64,000 nt of DNA from an uncultured Desulfospira sp. (GCA_963663165.1 OY760175.1:1312001-1376000); one strand, 5' to 3'. Counted from the first letter of the stretch, positions 50,813-60,852 are shown. The notes: generated from the letters alone by a model not told the origin. Made by a program: numbers and translations.

Positions 50813-52690
50813 GTGCCTGACCGGAAACCCCGATTTTGAAATTTTCAGGGGGTCGATGTTTGACAAAACCTTAAATCTTTGTTGTTCCTGTCATCACAAA
50901 CCGGGAGAAATGCTTCCATCTCTGCCGGTTTTCGGCAACTTTCTCCTTTTCCGGACGCAACTGTAGTGTTTGCCGTGTTTTTTTTAAGCAATGGCCTGTT
51001 TTAAGCTGCTTTGCGCTGTTCAGACCCTTGCAGCTTTTTTAATCCCTTTTGTTGTATGTGATGCCCGATGATCTGGAGATTTCTTGCCAAAACCGACAGG
51101 CTCACATACCTCTTAAACCCTTGACTGCCATGATCCGGGCATCTGTCAAGACCATGATTTTCCAGTCCGTTTATGGCAGATTCCACCGCTGAATGTTTTC
51201 TTTTAAAACGAATGAAATCTTCCGCTGTTTCTTCTTCATATTCCGCCTTGTTGCATCTGCCTTTTTTCGGAAGCACCAAAATATCCAATCTGCCCTTCAG
51301 GTCCTTTTTGTTGCCTGGAGAGTAAAACCCTTTATCAAAACTGCATCCTTTGAGATCAGAAAATTTGCTTTGTGCCAATGTTACCATCGCAACGGCGACT
51401 TTATCATCGGTTTCTTTCTCCATCACCCGGTGGTGCAGGATAAAGCCATATTGGTCCTCCAGGATACATACCCGCAAGCCCAATTCCTGGGGAACACCGG
51501 CCTTGCCTTTTGAAATCCACTCCGTGTGGGGTTCGAAAATCGAAAAAATCTTGTCTTCATGGGGGATCTTTTCATCCTGTAACACCCGGCGTTTGATCAA
51601 ATCAATTTGCCAAAGTGCGTAGTTGATATATGTTTGTAATTCTTCAGCTCGGGCTGCACATATAATATCGGATGCCGGTATCATTTCCACGGTCAATCGC
51701 GCCTTTTGAATATATTTTTCAGCAAGCTTGATATATGCTGTATGGGCATCCATAATTTGCTGGACTCTTTTGGCCTTTTTCTTTTCATCCTTTGATGTGG
51801 AATGTTTCAAACGCTGGACTATTCGATAAAGCTTTTTAAATGCTTTAATATTATACGCTGATTGCCGCCACATACTCGTTCCAATGTCCTGGCTGATAAT
51901 AGCGGCAATTTGAATCATTTTTCGGACTGCATCAAAAAGCAGGTTGATATCTGTGGGATAATGAACATTGGTTTCTACAACGAATGAATCACACCGCCCA
52001 ATCAAGGCTCCATCGTCCGAAGTTTTTTTTTCATCAGAAGTTTATGGCCTTCTTGCACAACCAGAGTGTTGATTTTGTCAAGAATATCTGGGGTCATAAG
52101 CCTGACATTATCTTTCAGGGTCTGAAGGGGGTAGGCGATATCATTGTCCATCATGCCATGCCCCAGCATCTGCCTTATTGTTTTGTGGTTGTTCACCATT
52201 TCCTGGAGTTTATCATAATCCCAATTGCAATTGAGCCGAATGACGCCCATTACAAGGATCTTCCACAGGTCCATACCGGGACGTCCATTTTTAGAATCGG
52301 TACTTTCTGGGATCATGTCCGTGAGGATATCAAAAACTTTTTGTCGAAGACTCTGGTCGCAATAGATATGTTGGAGTCCCAAAAGAAGTTTGGGGATTTC
52401 ATCCCTGGCTCTCATATCAATTTTAATTTGATCGATAGGGGTCTGCCCGAATGTCATCTGTAGTTCAAAAATTTTACGCAAAACGACCTCGAAGTTCTGA
52501 TGGAATGTTGAAGTTTGAATTACTATTGGCTTGTCTCACAAAACATAAATCCTATATAATTTTATAGGGTTAGATTAACATAGTAATTAGTAAAAAGCAA
52601 CAAGTAATTCATATCACAACAGAAACTTCAAACGAATTTCAGCCCAGATACCCCTGGAAAATATGATGGTTCCAATTTCCGGTCAGGCAC
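50813..52690 (-). mobile_element. Insertion sequence, ISNCY (ISDol1-like), 1878 bp
   Basis: 15-bp TIR GTGCCTGACCGGAAA; TAATTA duplicated at 50807-50812 and 52691-52696. Confidence 0.9.
51001..52481 (-). CDS. DDE transposase in two frames joined by a -1 shift at an A9 run (about 52023-52031)
   Basis: ORFs 52481-52002 and 52005-51001; CDSFVVET, FDKGFYS, HSAVESAIN. Confidence 0.85.
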
Positions 52691-52708
52691 TAATTATGGA
52701 GATCTAAA

Positions 52709-53380
52709 ATGCCGGATACCGTTTTTAAAGAAAGAGTCAGCGGACTTGAACAGATCATGATGGAGCTTGCCTATGAATCAATGAAAACTGACATGGCTCT
52801 CAAAAATCTTTCAGCAGAGATGAAAGACTTTAAAGACGAGATGAAAGACTTTAAAGACGAGATGAAAGACTTTAAAGATGAAATGAAAGACTTTAAAGAT
52901 GAAATGAAAGACTTTAAGAAGGAAATGAACAAAAAGTGGGGAGATCTGGCAAACAAGATGGGAACCATTGTTGAAGACATCGTTGCCCCCGGTTTAAAAG
53001 GTGTTGCCCGACAGTACTTTGGCGTGGAAGCTTTTGATCATTTTTCTTCCCGCACCATTATCCGCAACAAAGACCGGCCCACAACCCGTGAATTTGATAT
53101 AATTGCTTATACTGAAGACCTGTTTTTTATCGTGGAAACAAAAGCGACCCCACGGCCGGAGTATATTACGAATTTCATAAAATTTCTTCCCGAACTGGGC
53201 ACATGGTTTCCCGTCAGCCTGGAAAAAAAGCTGATTCCCATTTTTGCTTCTCTTGCCCTGTCCGATCAACATATCACCCACCTGACCAATCATAATATTA
53301 TCGCCATGGCCACCCGGGATGACGGGATGGATATTTACAATCCCGAGGTTCTGGAAAAGCTTGGCGTTAACGTTAAATAG
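52709..53380 (+). CDS. Heptad-repeat coiled-coil protein with PD-(D/E)xK-like C-terminal domain (DUF3782-like)
   Basis: (EMKDFKD)5, KWGDLANKMGTIVED, REFDII..IVETK. Confidence 0.75.
   Translation: MPDTVFKERVSGLEQIMMELAYESMKTDMALKNLSAEMKDFKDEMKDFKDEMKDFKDEMKDFKDEMKDFKKEMNKKWGDLANKMGTIVEDIVAPGLKGVARQYFGVEAFDHFSSRTIIRNKDRPTTREFDIIAYTEDLFFIVETKATPRPEYITNFIKFLPELGTWFPVSLEKKLIPIFASLALSDQHITHLTNHNIIAMATRDDGMDIYNPEVLEKLGVNVK
52817..52921 (+). repeat. 21-bp coding tandem repeat x5
   Basis: GARATGAAAGACTTTAAAGAY units. Confidence 0.95.
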
Positions 53381-53392
53381 GAACGGCCTGTT

Positions 53393-53440
53393 TTTTAAGC
53401 AGGTAATCCTCCAATAACAGCTGGTTAGCGTGGCTCGACC
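53393..53440. repeat. 48-bp inter-cassette site, copy A
   Basis: 41/48 identical to 54224-54262 joined to 56169-56177. Confidence 0.8.
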
Positions 53441-53536
53441 GTCAATATTCGCAAATTCCAAGAAGGTGTCCCCCGAATTCCATCCCCCGAATTCCGCGAA
53501 TTCCGAATCCCGGCAATGAACGTACAGGAAAAAATA

Positions 53537-53782
53537 TTAAGCAAGGACCTTCATTTGTTCATAAAGGAACTCAGGGGCCAGGTCCGCTCCGTTTTCCCAG
53601 ACAATCGTGTTCATGTCAGGGTCAACCCGGAATTTTTGAAATTCGGATAATTCTTTGAGAGGGCCGAAAACTTCGCCGGTGAGTTCATCTTGAAGGTCAA
53701 TTTCCCCGACAGCTTCGTTATTAAACCTTAGCCAAATAACATAACCTTTAATATATTTGGCTTCTTTGACATGTAAAAACAT
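53537..53782 (-). CDS. DUF2442 family protein
   Basis: LRFNN..G.IDL, GEVFGPL, TIVWENGADLAPEFLY. Confidence 0.85.
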   Translation of the reverse strand: MFLHVKEAKYIKGYVIWLRFNNEAVGEIDLQDELTGEVFGPLKELSEFQKFRVDPDMNTIVWENGADLAPEFLYEQMKVLA

Positions 53783-53785
53783 TTG

Positions 53786-54042
53786 TTACTCCAGTGGGGC
53801 TATGGAATTTAATTTTTCTTTATTTTCAGCCTTGGACCAGTTTTCAATCAAAGCGTCAACATTCAATATCCGCCACTCATTTATCATCCGAACAGCTCTA
53901 TTGGCCATTGTCCCTTTAACTTCTCCGCTAATAATGTCAACTGAAATCTCCTGATCACAGTATCGGGCATGAAAATGCGGCGGCATATGATCCTTATAAT
54001 AAATATAAATTACAATTCAAAAAAGCGAATAATTACAGGCAT
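53786..54042 (-). pseudogene. DUF4160 family protein, 1-nt frameshift near the N-terminus
   Basis: MPVIIRFF, frame change, then IVIYIYYKDHMPPHFHARY; adding one G restores FFGIVI. Confidence 0.75.
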
Positions 54043-54262
54043 TTTGCAATTACCACCCATAAATGATTTTATATACATTGTTTATGATATATCTGCTCAG
54101 CTTTGAAATCAAGTAAAGAACTCGCCCTGCCCAGAGTGATATATAAAAGTTAATAGACAGGCAATCCCTTAAATCAATGTTTTTGGGGGCAAAAACAGTC
54201 GATTAAGCCCATTTTACGTCTACTTTCAAGCAGTTAATTCTTTAATAACAGCTTGTTAGCGT

Positions 54263-56168
54263 GTCGCGGTAGGAATGCCGGTTACCCGGCACCCCCCGCA
54301 CAGATCCGTACGTGAGGTACTACCTCATACGGCTCCTACCTCGGGTAATAACGTTGAAATCTCTGATTTGGAAAAGGGTGAACAATTCTGACCCTTGGGA
54401 TCAACCATCTGATTAGTTTTTCAAAGCGCTCCCATGTGAAGTTCTGTCCTTTGTGACTCCTGCGCCTCAGTGTATGCAACCATGCCTTTGTTGTTTGGTC
54501 GTAGAAGCTTTTTACCAAATCCATGTTTCCGGGAACCGCATAATAATTCTGGAACCCTCTTATTACTGAATTTAGCCATTTTCCTGTTTCCTTTACATTG
54601 TCGTGCATACGTTCTTTCAGTTCAGCTTTGACTTCTTTCAGCTTTCGGACAAACCTTTTCTTAATAGTTTTACGACGTATGGTAAATGCGCCGCGTCGTG
54701 TCTTAGAGCACGAGTGGGTAAAGCCCAGGAAATCAAATGTCTCCGGTTTTCCTTGGCCTTTCCTCTGGCGGTTCGATTCTGCGAAACGTCCAAACTCAAT
54801 TAATCGAGTTTTATCCGGGTGCAGGTCAAGGCCAAATTTTCCCATTCTGCTAGTTAAATCCTTTAGAAAGTTTTCTGCATCATTTTTGTATTGGAAGCCG
54901 ACCACTGTATCATCGGCGTAACGGACTATGATTACGTCGCCTTTTGCATGTCTGCCTCTCCACTGATTTGCCCATAGGTCTTGTGCGTAATGCAGGTAAA
55001 CATTTGCCAATACAGGTGAGATTACCGAGCCCTGTGGGGTCCCGACTCCCTGTGCTATACGTTTACCGTCTTCAACAATCCCTACTTTGAGCCATTTTCT
55101 AATCAGCCGCAGTATTCTCTTATCCGCTACTCGGTGCTTTATAAATTTCAACAACCAATCGTGATTGATCTTGTCGAAAAATGCTGAAACATCGGCATCA
55201 AGTATATAATTTATTTTACACCTTGATATTCCCATGTATAAAGCGTCCAGAGCGTTATGTTGACTACGTTTTTCCCTGAAACCATAGCTAAAACCCATGA
55301 AGTCTGTCTCATAGATCTGGTTTAATATTATTGCCACTGCCTGCTGGACTATTTTATCTTCGAGAGCTGTTATCCCCAGTGGCCTTTTGCGGCCATCGGT
55401 CTTATTTATATAAGTCCTTTTTACCGGTGATGCTCTATAACTGCCAGCGTGCAATCTGTCGTGCAAGTATATTATCCGATTAGCTAAGTCTTCCTTGTAC
55501 ATATGCCAGGTTATTTCATCCACTCCTGGAGCAGCGTTTCTTTTTAGCTCAAAGAAGCTAACTGTCAGCAGGTCCGGGGTGATGTGATGAAAAAGGTTAT
55601 CAAACCTGACTTTCTTGTCCTGATGAGCTTTCCTACGCACACCATATAAACTGGTCGACGCAGCTACCCGCCCCTGTGTGCGGACTGCGGCAGTGCATAT
55701 GGTGTTTCCCTTGGTCAGCGTCCTTCCCTCCACCTGCTCCGCCGAGTTTTCAAACTCTTTGTTCGCTGGCTTCTTCGGTACTATGTTGCTGTCCGACTTC
55801 CACGGGCCGTGCATGGCAGCAGTATAGGATTTCCCCTTCACTGCCCGATCCCCTTTAGGGATAACCTGTGGATCTCCCGATTCCCGCGTAAAAGATGTCC
55901 ACACATGCCAGGTTCTAAGACTCCGCCGGGTTGTTCCCCTGCTTGCATAGCGCTGGGACTCATGTTGCCTTCCCTACCGGACCACGAGGTCGGCACCCGA
56001 GAGGTGGTGATTTCGGAGCTCAATAGCCCGCCTGTGCTTCCCTCTGTCCACGCTTCAGCCAATGCATTACTGCAATCGCCGCATGACTCGAGGCTGGTGT
56101 GATTTGCTAAACCTTCACCATAAGACTCTTTCATTCTCTATCCTTTACCGGTTTTAATCGGCGCTTTC
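54263..56168 (-). mobile_element. Group II intron (bacterial class E-like), about 1.9 kb
   Basis: Domain V GAGCCGTATGAGGTAGTACCTCACGTACGGATC; domain VI with bulged A ending CCGCGAC; 5' boundary inferred from repeat copy A (alternative 56166). Confidence 0.88.
54336..55814 (-). CDS. ltrA: Group II intron reverse transcriptase/maturase, no HNH endonuclease domain
   Basis: APGVD, RPLGI, GTPQGSVISP.LAN, RYADD, FDFLGF; start taken at ATG of MHGPWKSD. Confidence 0.92.
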   Translation of the reverse strand: MHGPWKSDSNIVPKKPANKEFENSAEQVEGRTLTKGNTICTAAVRTQGRVAASTSLYGVRRKAHQDKKVRFDNLFHHITPDLLTVSFFELKRNAAPGVDEITWHMYKEDLANRIIYLHDRLHAGSYRASPVKRTYINKTDGRKRPLGITALEDKIVQQAVAIILNQIYETDFMGFSYGFREKRSQHNALDALYMGISRCKINYILDADVSAFFDKINHDWLLKFIKHRVADKRILRLIRKWLKVGIVEDGKRIAQGVGTPQGSVISPVLANVYLHYAQDLWANQWRGRHAKGDVIIVRYADDTVVGFQYKNDAENFLKDLTSRMGKFGLDLHPDKTRLIEFGRFAESNRQRKGQGKPETFDFLGFTHSCSKTRRGAFTIRRKTIKKRFVRKLKEVKAELKERMHDNVKETGKWLNSVIRGFQNYYAVPGNMDLVKSFYDQTTKAWLHTLRRRSHKGQNFTWERFEKLIRWLIPRVRIVHPFPNQRFQRYYPR

Positions 56169-56386
56169 GGCCCGACCCCACCGCCAACCCACCGCCAGAC
56201 CCCCGCTGCGCTTTTAAATCTGTGAAATAGTGTTTGTTATGAAACCTTTCATATCTTATAATACAATACAAAAATGACTATTATTTCAGACTGGATTGCA
56301 TTGAGTTTGTAAAATGAAGGAACCATTTTATCCATTTTTCTAAATGGGATAGGATTTTTTTTAAAATGATCAACTACACAGCTAAA

Positions 56387-58229
56387 CCCAAAACAAGCGT
56401 GAGATAAGTAATAAAAATGAGATAAAATCCTCGAAACGCCTATCAATAAAAGGTATAATAAGTTTACCACAACGAAATATACCAAATTGAAAGGACGTTT
56501 CGAGTGAATAAAAATATCAACAAAAATTTGGCAAAACGCAAGAAAAAAATAAGCAAAAAGCTCAACAAAAGAGATTGGGATGAACAGCCAGCCCCTATGT
56601 TTAAAGCATCCAACATTCAATACGAGATTGACGGTCGCCTCCAAGGGGTTGCTCCCGGCGGCATAGGGTTAATTCATATGCTTGCCAAAAAGACCGGCCT
56701 TCTGAAAGAAATTGATAAGGAGCTCGAACTGCTTAAACGCCATTTGCCCTATCATGAATCAGATCATGTCGCCAACATGGCATATAATATTCTTGCCGGT
56801 GGCACCTGCCTTCAGGATATTGAGCTGCTCAGAAACAATGAAGCCTGGTTGAATGCTCTGGATGCAGAAATTATCCCCGATCCCACTACAGCCGGAGACT
56901 TTTTGCGCCGGTTTTCCAAGGAAGATATCATAACTCTGCAGGACGTCAAAAATACCATCCGGAAAAAGGTATGGGAAAAGCAGCCGCAAAACTTCAAGAA
57001 AGAAGCCATCATCAATATCGACGGCACTATCAGTGAAACAACCGGCGAGTGCAAACAGGGTATGGACATCTCTTATAATGGTAAGTGGGGATATGCCCCT
57101 CTGATAGTCTCTCTGGAAAAAACAAGGGAGCCTCTTTATATAATCAATCGATCCGGCAATGCTCCGTCCCACCTCAACTCTGCGGGTTGGGTGGATAAGT
57201 CCCTTGATCTGCTGGAAGGCACTTTTAAAAAATTATACGTTCGGGGTGATACTGATTTCAGCCTTACTTCCAATTTTGACAAATGGGATCAACGCTGTAC
57301 CTTTGTCTTTGGCATGGATGCCAGATCAAACCTGATAAAACTGGCCGGTGGTCTTTCAGATTCCGAATGGGAGATATTTGAAAAACAGCCGCAAGCCATC
57401 AAAACAATCCCCAGAAAACGTCCCGAAAATATCAAACTTCAAGTGGTCAAAAAACGCAATTTCAAACGTCTTGAGACCGCCTGTGAACATATAGCCGAAT
57501 TTGAATATAAACCTGGTAAATGTCGGCAACCCTACCGGATGATCGTGCTGCGCAAAACAATAAATGAGTATAAAGGCGAACGTCTATTGTTTGACGATAT
57601 CCGTTACTTTTTTTACATCACAAACGATTGGAAAAAATCAGCCAGGCACCTGGTGGATTTTTACCGGAAACGGGCGGATCACGAAAATGACATTGATCAG
57701 TTGAAACATGGCGTGCATGCAATGGCTAATCCTTCTGATTCCCTAAATGCCAACTGGGCCTATATGGTTGTTGCATCTTTGGCATGGGATCTGAAAGCCT
57801 GGTATGGAATGATGATGCCGTATCGAGCTTTAGGTCTCTCCATCGTCCGTATGGAATTCAAACGCTTTATCCAGACATTTATAAATATCCCTTGCTTGAT
57901 CATACGTTCCAGCAGGGCCATTAAATATCGAATCATTGGTTATAACAACAGGCTCACAAGCGTGTTCAAGTTTTTTAACTCTTTGAAGACTGCCTGGGTT
58001 ACATGATGCCTTTGCTCCGGACAGTTATTGCAAACGGGCTGCAATGGCGAGTCTAAAACCTGTAGATTTCAAAAGGGAATTTAAGCAATGAACCACAACA
58101 CAATCGGCAGTATTCCAAAAAACATCAGGACTCGTGCGTCTGTTTGATGGAAATTGGAGACACAAAATAATAGCTCGGGTCGACAATTGCTTATGAGAAA
58201 TTCATTTTTTATAACACGCTTGTTTTGGG
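56387..58229 (+). mobile_element. IS1380-family insertion sequence, 1843 bp
   Basis: 15-bp TIR CCCAAAACAAGCGTG; GCTAAA duplicated at 56381-56386 and 58230-58235. Confidence 0.9.
56504..58006 (+). CDS. IS1380-family transposase
   Basis: PDPTTAGDFLRRF, NIDGT, VRGDTDF, YRKRADHENDI. Confidence 0.9.
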   Translation: MNKNINKNLAKRKKKISKKLNKRDWDEQPAPMFKASNIQYEIDGRLQGVAPGGIGLIHMLAKKTGLLKEIDKELELLKRHLPYHESDHVANMAYNILAGGTCLQDIELLRNNEAWLNALDAEIIPDPTTAGDFLRRFSKEDIITLQDVKNTIRKKVWEKQPQNFKKEAIINIDGTISETTGECKQGMDISYNGKWGYAPLIVSLEKTREPLYIINRSGNAPSHLNSAGWVDKSLDLLEGTFKKLYVRGDTDFSLTSNFDKWDQRCTFVFGMDARSNLIKLAGGLSDSEWEIFEKQPQAIKTIPRKRPENIKLQVVKKRNFKRLETACEHIAEFEYKPGKCRQPYRMIVLRKTINEYKGERLLFDDIRYFFYITNDWKKSARHLVDFYRKRADHENDIDQLKHGVHAMANPSDSLNANWAYMVVASLAWDLKAWYGMMMPYRALGLSIVRMEFKRFIQTFINIPCLIIRSSRAIKYRIIGYNNRLTSVFKFFNSLKTAWVT

Positions 58230-58431
58230 GCTAAATACACAAAAATCGATTCAGGGTACATGGGCCAGTTGGTGGAATGGCCCGAAGTGATCACCGAAGG
58301 CAAGAATCTTGAAGAATGCCGGGCCATGCTTCGGGATGCGCTCAATGAGATGGTGCTTGCTTACCGCCAAACCGGCAGGGAAATGCCCATTGGCAACGCT
58401 ATTATTGAGCAACTGCCCATTGAGGTTCACT

Positions 58432-58711
58432 ATGTCGGTCAAACGGCGTGATCTTATCCAACACATGAAACAGAATGGTTTCCATCTCCTAAGGGAAGGC
58501 GCCAACCATGCTATTTATATGAAAGTCTCACTAACGTCCTGAGAAGACTTTCAATATTTGTTGTGGGCGGCTCTTGGTTGGATAACCCAAGCCGTCCGTG
58601 ACGGTTTATACAAATGGAACCAAAATCATCCCTGTAAAACGCCACCGGCAATTCGATAGAATCACCGCAAACGAACTCTGCAAGCAAGCCGGGATAACAC
58701 CTAAATTCTAA
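58432..58711 (+). pseudogene. hicA: HicA toxin interrupted by a 91-nt insertion
   Basis: Removing 58520-58610 gives 62-aa MSVKRRDLIQHMKQNGFHLLREGANHAIYTNGTKIIPVKRHRQFDRITANELCKQAGITPKF. Confidence 0.88.
58520..58604. mobile_element. 85-bp two-hairpin mini-element flanked by TTTATA
   Basis: TTTATA at 58514-58519 and 58605-58610; hairpins TGAAAGTCT..AGACTTTCA and GGGCGGCT..AGCCGTCC. Confidence 0.75.
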
Positions 58712-58895
58712 TGATTGGATGAAATGGAAGTTTGCCATTGAAAGCTTGGCCAGCTTTTAAAAGTGTAACGCCTATCCCCTATATTCATAACGAAATAATG
58801 TAACGACCAGATACCCCGCTGCCATACCCTGCTAAAAAATTATAAAAATCATACCCCGCATGCCGACCCCGCCGGTAGACCCCGCCGCTGACTTA

Positions 58896-60274
58896 GGGAT
58901 GTGGTAAAATTAAAACCCACAATTCATTCCTCATAGCATGGAATATCAACAGCCCATTTTTCAATCCCTGGAATCCGAATAATTTTGTTTTCTATATTAT
59001 TCACGGCGGACTTGACCAAACGTACCCCTGTCGGGTAAACACCTTTGATTAATTTGACGACAGGATTTTCTCCTTTCCATGTCATTGTTCGACATAGACC
59101 GAGAACCTTTTCAATTTTGTTCAGCAATTCGCCTTTCCAATGATTTTCCAAAACACCCCAAACTCGCTCTATTGGGTTGTATTTACTGTGGTACGGGGGA
59201 TAGTACACCAAACTAATATTTACAAATGCTGATTTGGCAAAGTCCACGAGGCGACTAATGAATTGGCTCCTTCGGCTACTATTTTCCGGCCCATTATCAA
59301 GATTGATCACCAGTGTATGTGGGGCGAATCTTGCGTTCAAAGAAGGCCAGAGTGATTCCAGCGCATCAATCATGAAATCAGAGGTGATGTTGCTTTCAGT
59401 GAAGTACATATAATTTTCATCCAGAGCAGGTATGTTGATACCGAAAAGTTTCAAAAGGGAATCGGGTTTAAAATCATGGTCCGCCGCTTTAAGATTGCAA
59501 CGACTATATCCGCCTCGGGAATAAGGCCCTATTTTAATAGTGGCTTTTGCGTCCATTGAGATACGTAAAACGCCATCTGTTTCATCGGCTAGTTGGTTTG
59601 TCCTATGCACATATTCAAAAATGATGTCTGTTTCAGGAATTTTTTTTTACCTTGGCTTTGGCGACCTTCTTCAGTTTAAAACCCAATTTATTCATTATGG
59701 TGGATAGAGTCCGTACTGTTGGCATATTCTCAGGGTCATATCCCATGTCGTCAACTAATCGACGGAATACTTCATTCGCAGATATTGGGGAATATAAATT
59801 CTGGGTACGGAATGTAGGATCAGTCTGACATATAGGGTTTACAATACGAGTTATGTCCTCTTTTAAATTCGGAAAATGTTCTAAACACGATTTCCGGCCT
59901 CGTCCGGAAAAATTATCAACACAGGTAACTCCGCTTTCTATTTCCCGTCGCCCTTTGATTATTGTTTTCCGATCCCAACCCAGTTCTCTTTCAGCCTTTA
60001 GTTGTCCGCCGTGCCCCATAAGGGAGACAACGCGTGCCATGAATTGGCGCCGTTCATGGCCTTTTAATTTGCTTCGAGTGGTATTCAGAAAATCCTTTAG
60101 TGGTGGCGTTAATTCCGATATAGTTTTGGGTAAATTGTGCTTAGAATGATCAAACATGGTCCTCCTGTATTTTTATGTAATCTTCCATGTTGACCATAAA
60201 CTATCGATTCCATGTTGTCTATAAAAATCAGAATTCAGACTATGGAATTGTGGATATTAATTTTTCTGAGGCCC
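58896..60274 (-). mobile_element. ISAzo13-family insertion sequence, about 1379 bp
   Basis: Imperfect IR GGG..AAAATTAA.A.CCACAATTC; TTA duplicated on both sides. Confidence 0.8.
58924..60157 (-). CDS. ISAzo13 transposase, two ORFs joined by a -1 shift at A9 (about 59640-59648)
   Basis: QTDPTF; shifted frame reads KKIPETDIIF; ISMDAK, DNGPEN, YYPPYHSKYNPIER. Confidence 0.85.
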
Positions 60275-60325
60275 TTATTCAAAATTTGCTACATATAATC
60301 TCCGTGATTCGAATCTTGGAGAAAA

Positions 60326-60676
60326 ATGATGGCAAAGAATTCTCGTGGAAAACGCCCTTGCTCTATTTGCCGAAAATGGTTTGCTCCTGATGTAAGACAA
60401 AAAGGCCGACAGAGAACATGCAGTCCGGTTTGCCAAAATGAGCTTCATCGAAGGCAATGTGAAAACTGGAACAGGAAAAACAAAGCGGTCTCCATAAATA
60501 ATTACCTGGCAAAGAAAATTGAAAAGGCTCAAAACCTTCAAACATCCGGGAAATTGCCTGTTTTGCCGCTGGAAGTTATTGAAACAGAATACGGTATCAA
60601 GCCGGCAATTATCGTCGAATATCTGGTTGCCCAGGTTATCTGTCATACCAAAGAAAAAATTCGAGAATTCCCATAA
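60326..60676 (+). CDS. Small Cys-rich zinc-binding hypothetical protein
   Basis: CSICRKWF..RQRTCSPVC; GGAG RBS. Confidence 0.65.
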   Translation: MMAKNSRGKRPCSICRKWFAPDVRQKGRQRTCSPVCQNELHRRQCENWNRKNKAVSINNYLAKKIEKAQNLQTSGKLPVLPLEVIETEYGIKPAIIVEYLVAQVICHTKEKIREFP

Positions 60677-60687
60677 ACACCTCTGAC

Positions 60688-60852
60688 TAATCGAATATTG
60701 ATTTCAAGAGACAAGGTTATGGTAACCTCTTGTAATATTAAGATATACAAACAGAGTAATCGAATTTTGATTCTAAGAGACATCATGCGCATAAGTTGTT
60801 GATAATATATATAGATACAAACAGAGTAATCAGTATTCCAGTTCAAGAGGCA
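60688..60852. repeat. Three imperfect direct repeats at 69-70 bp period with IHF-like sites between them
   Basis: TAATC..AAGAG.CA at 60688, 60757, 60827; ATACAAACAGAGTAATC identical in units 2 and 3; TAAGTTGTTGATA fits YAANNNNTTGATW. Confidence 0.7.

Larger units (their letters stand above)
56366..58451 (+). pseudogene. hicB: HicB-like antitoxin interrupted by IS1380
   Basis: MINYTAK (56366-56386) + YTKIDSGYMGQLVEWPEVITEGKNLEECRAMLRDAL (58236-58451). Confidence 0.85.

Noticed and set aside
53393..53440. Canonical attC site
   Set aside because: TAAC and GTTA are only 5 nt apart, with no 55-140-nt hairpin or L boxes; kept as a different kind of site in findings.
54336..55814. RT as a retron, DGR or defence RT
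   Set aside because: YADD, maturase region and adjacent domains V/VI identify a group II intron; no TR/VR pair or msr/msd seen.
55838..56134. 98-aa ORF MKESYGEGLANH...
   Set aside because: Lies in the structured 5' RNA domain of the group II intron; probably not a protein.
58511..58738. 75-aa minus-strand ORF
   Set aside because: Explained as the antisense of interrupted hicA plus the mini-element.
60688..60852. CRISPR call for the 70-bp-period array
   Set aside because: Repeats are too divergent, spacers resemble each other and IHF sites, and no cas genes are seen.
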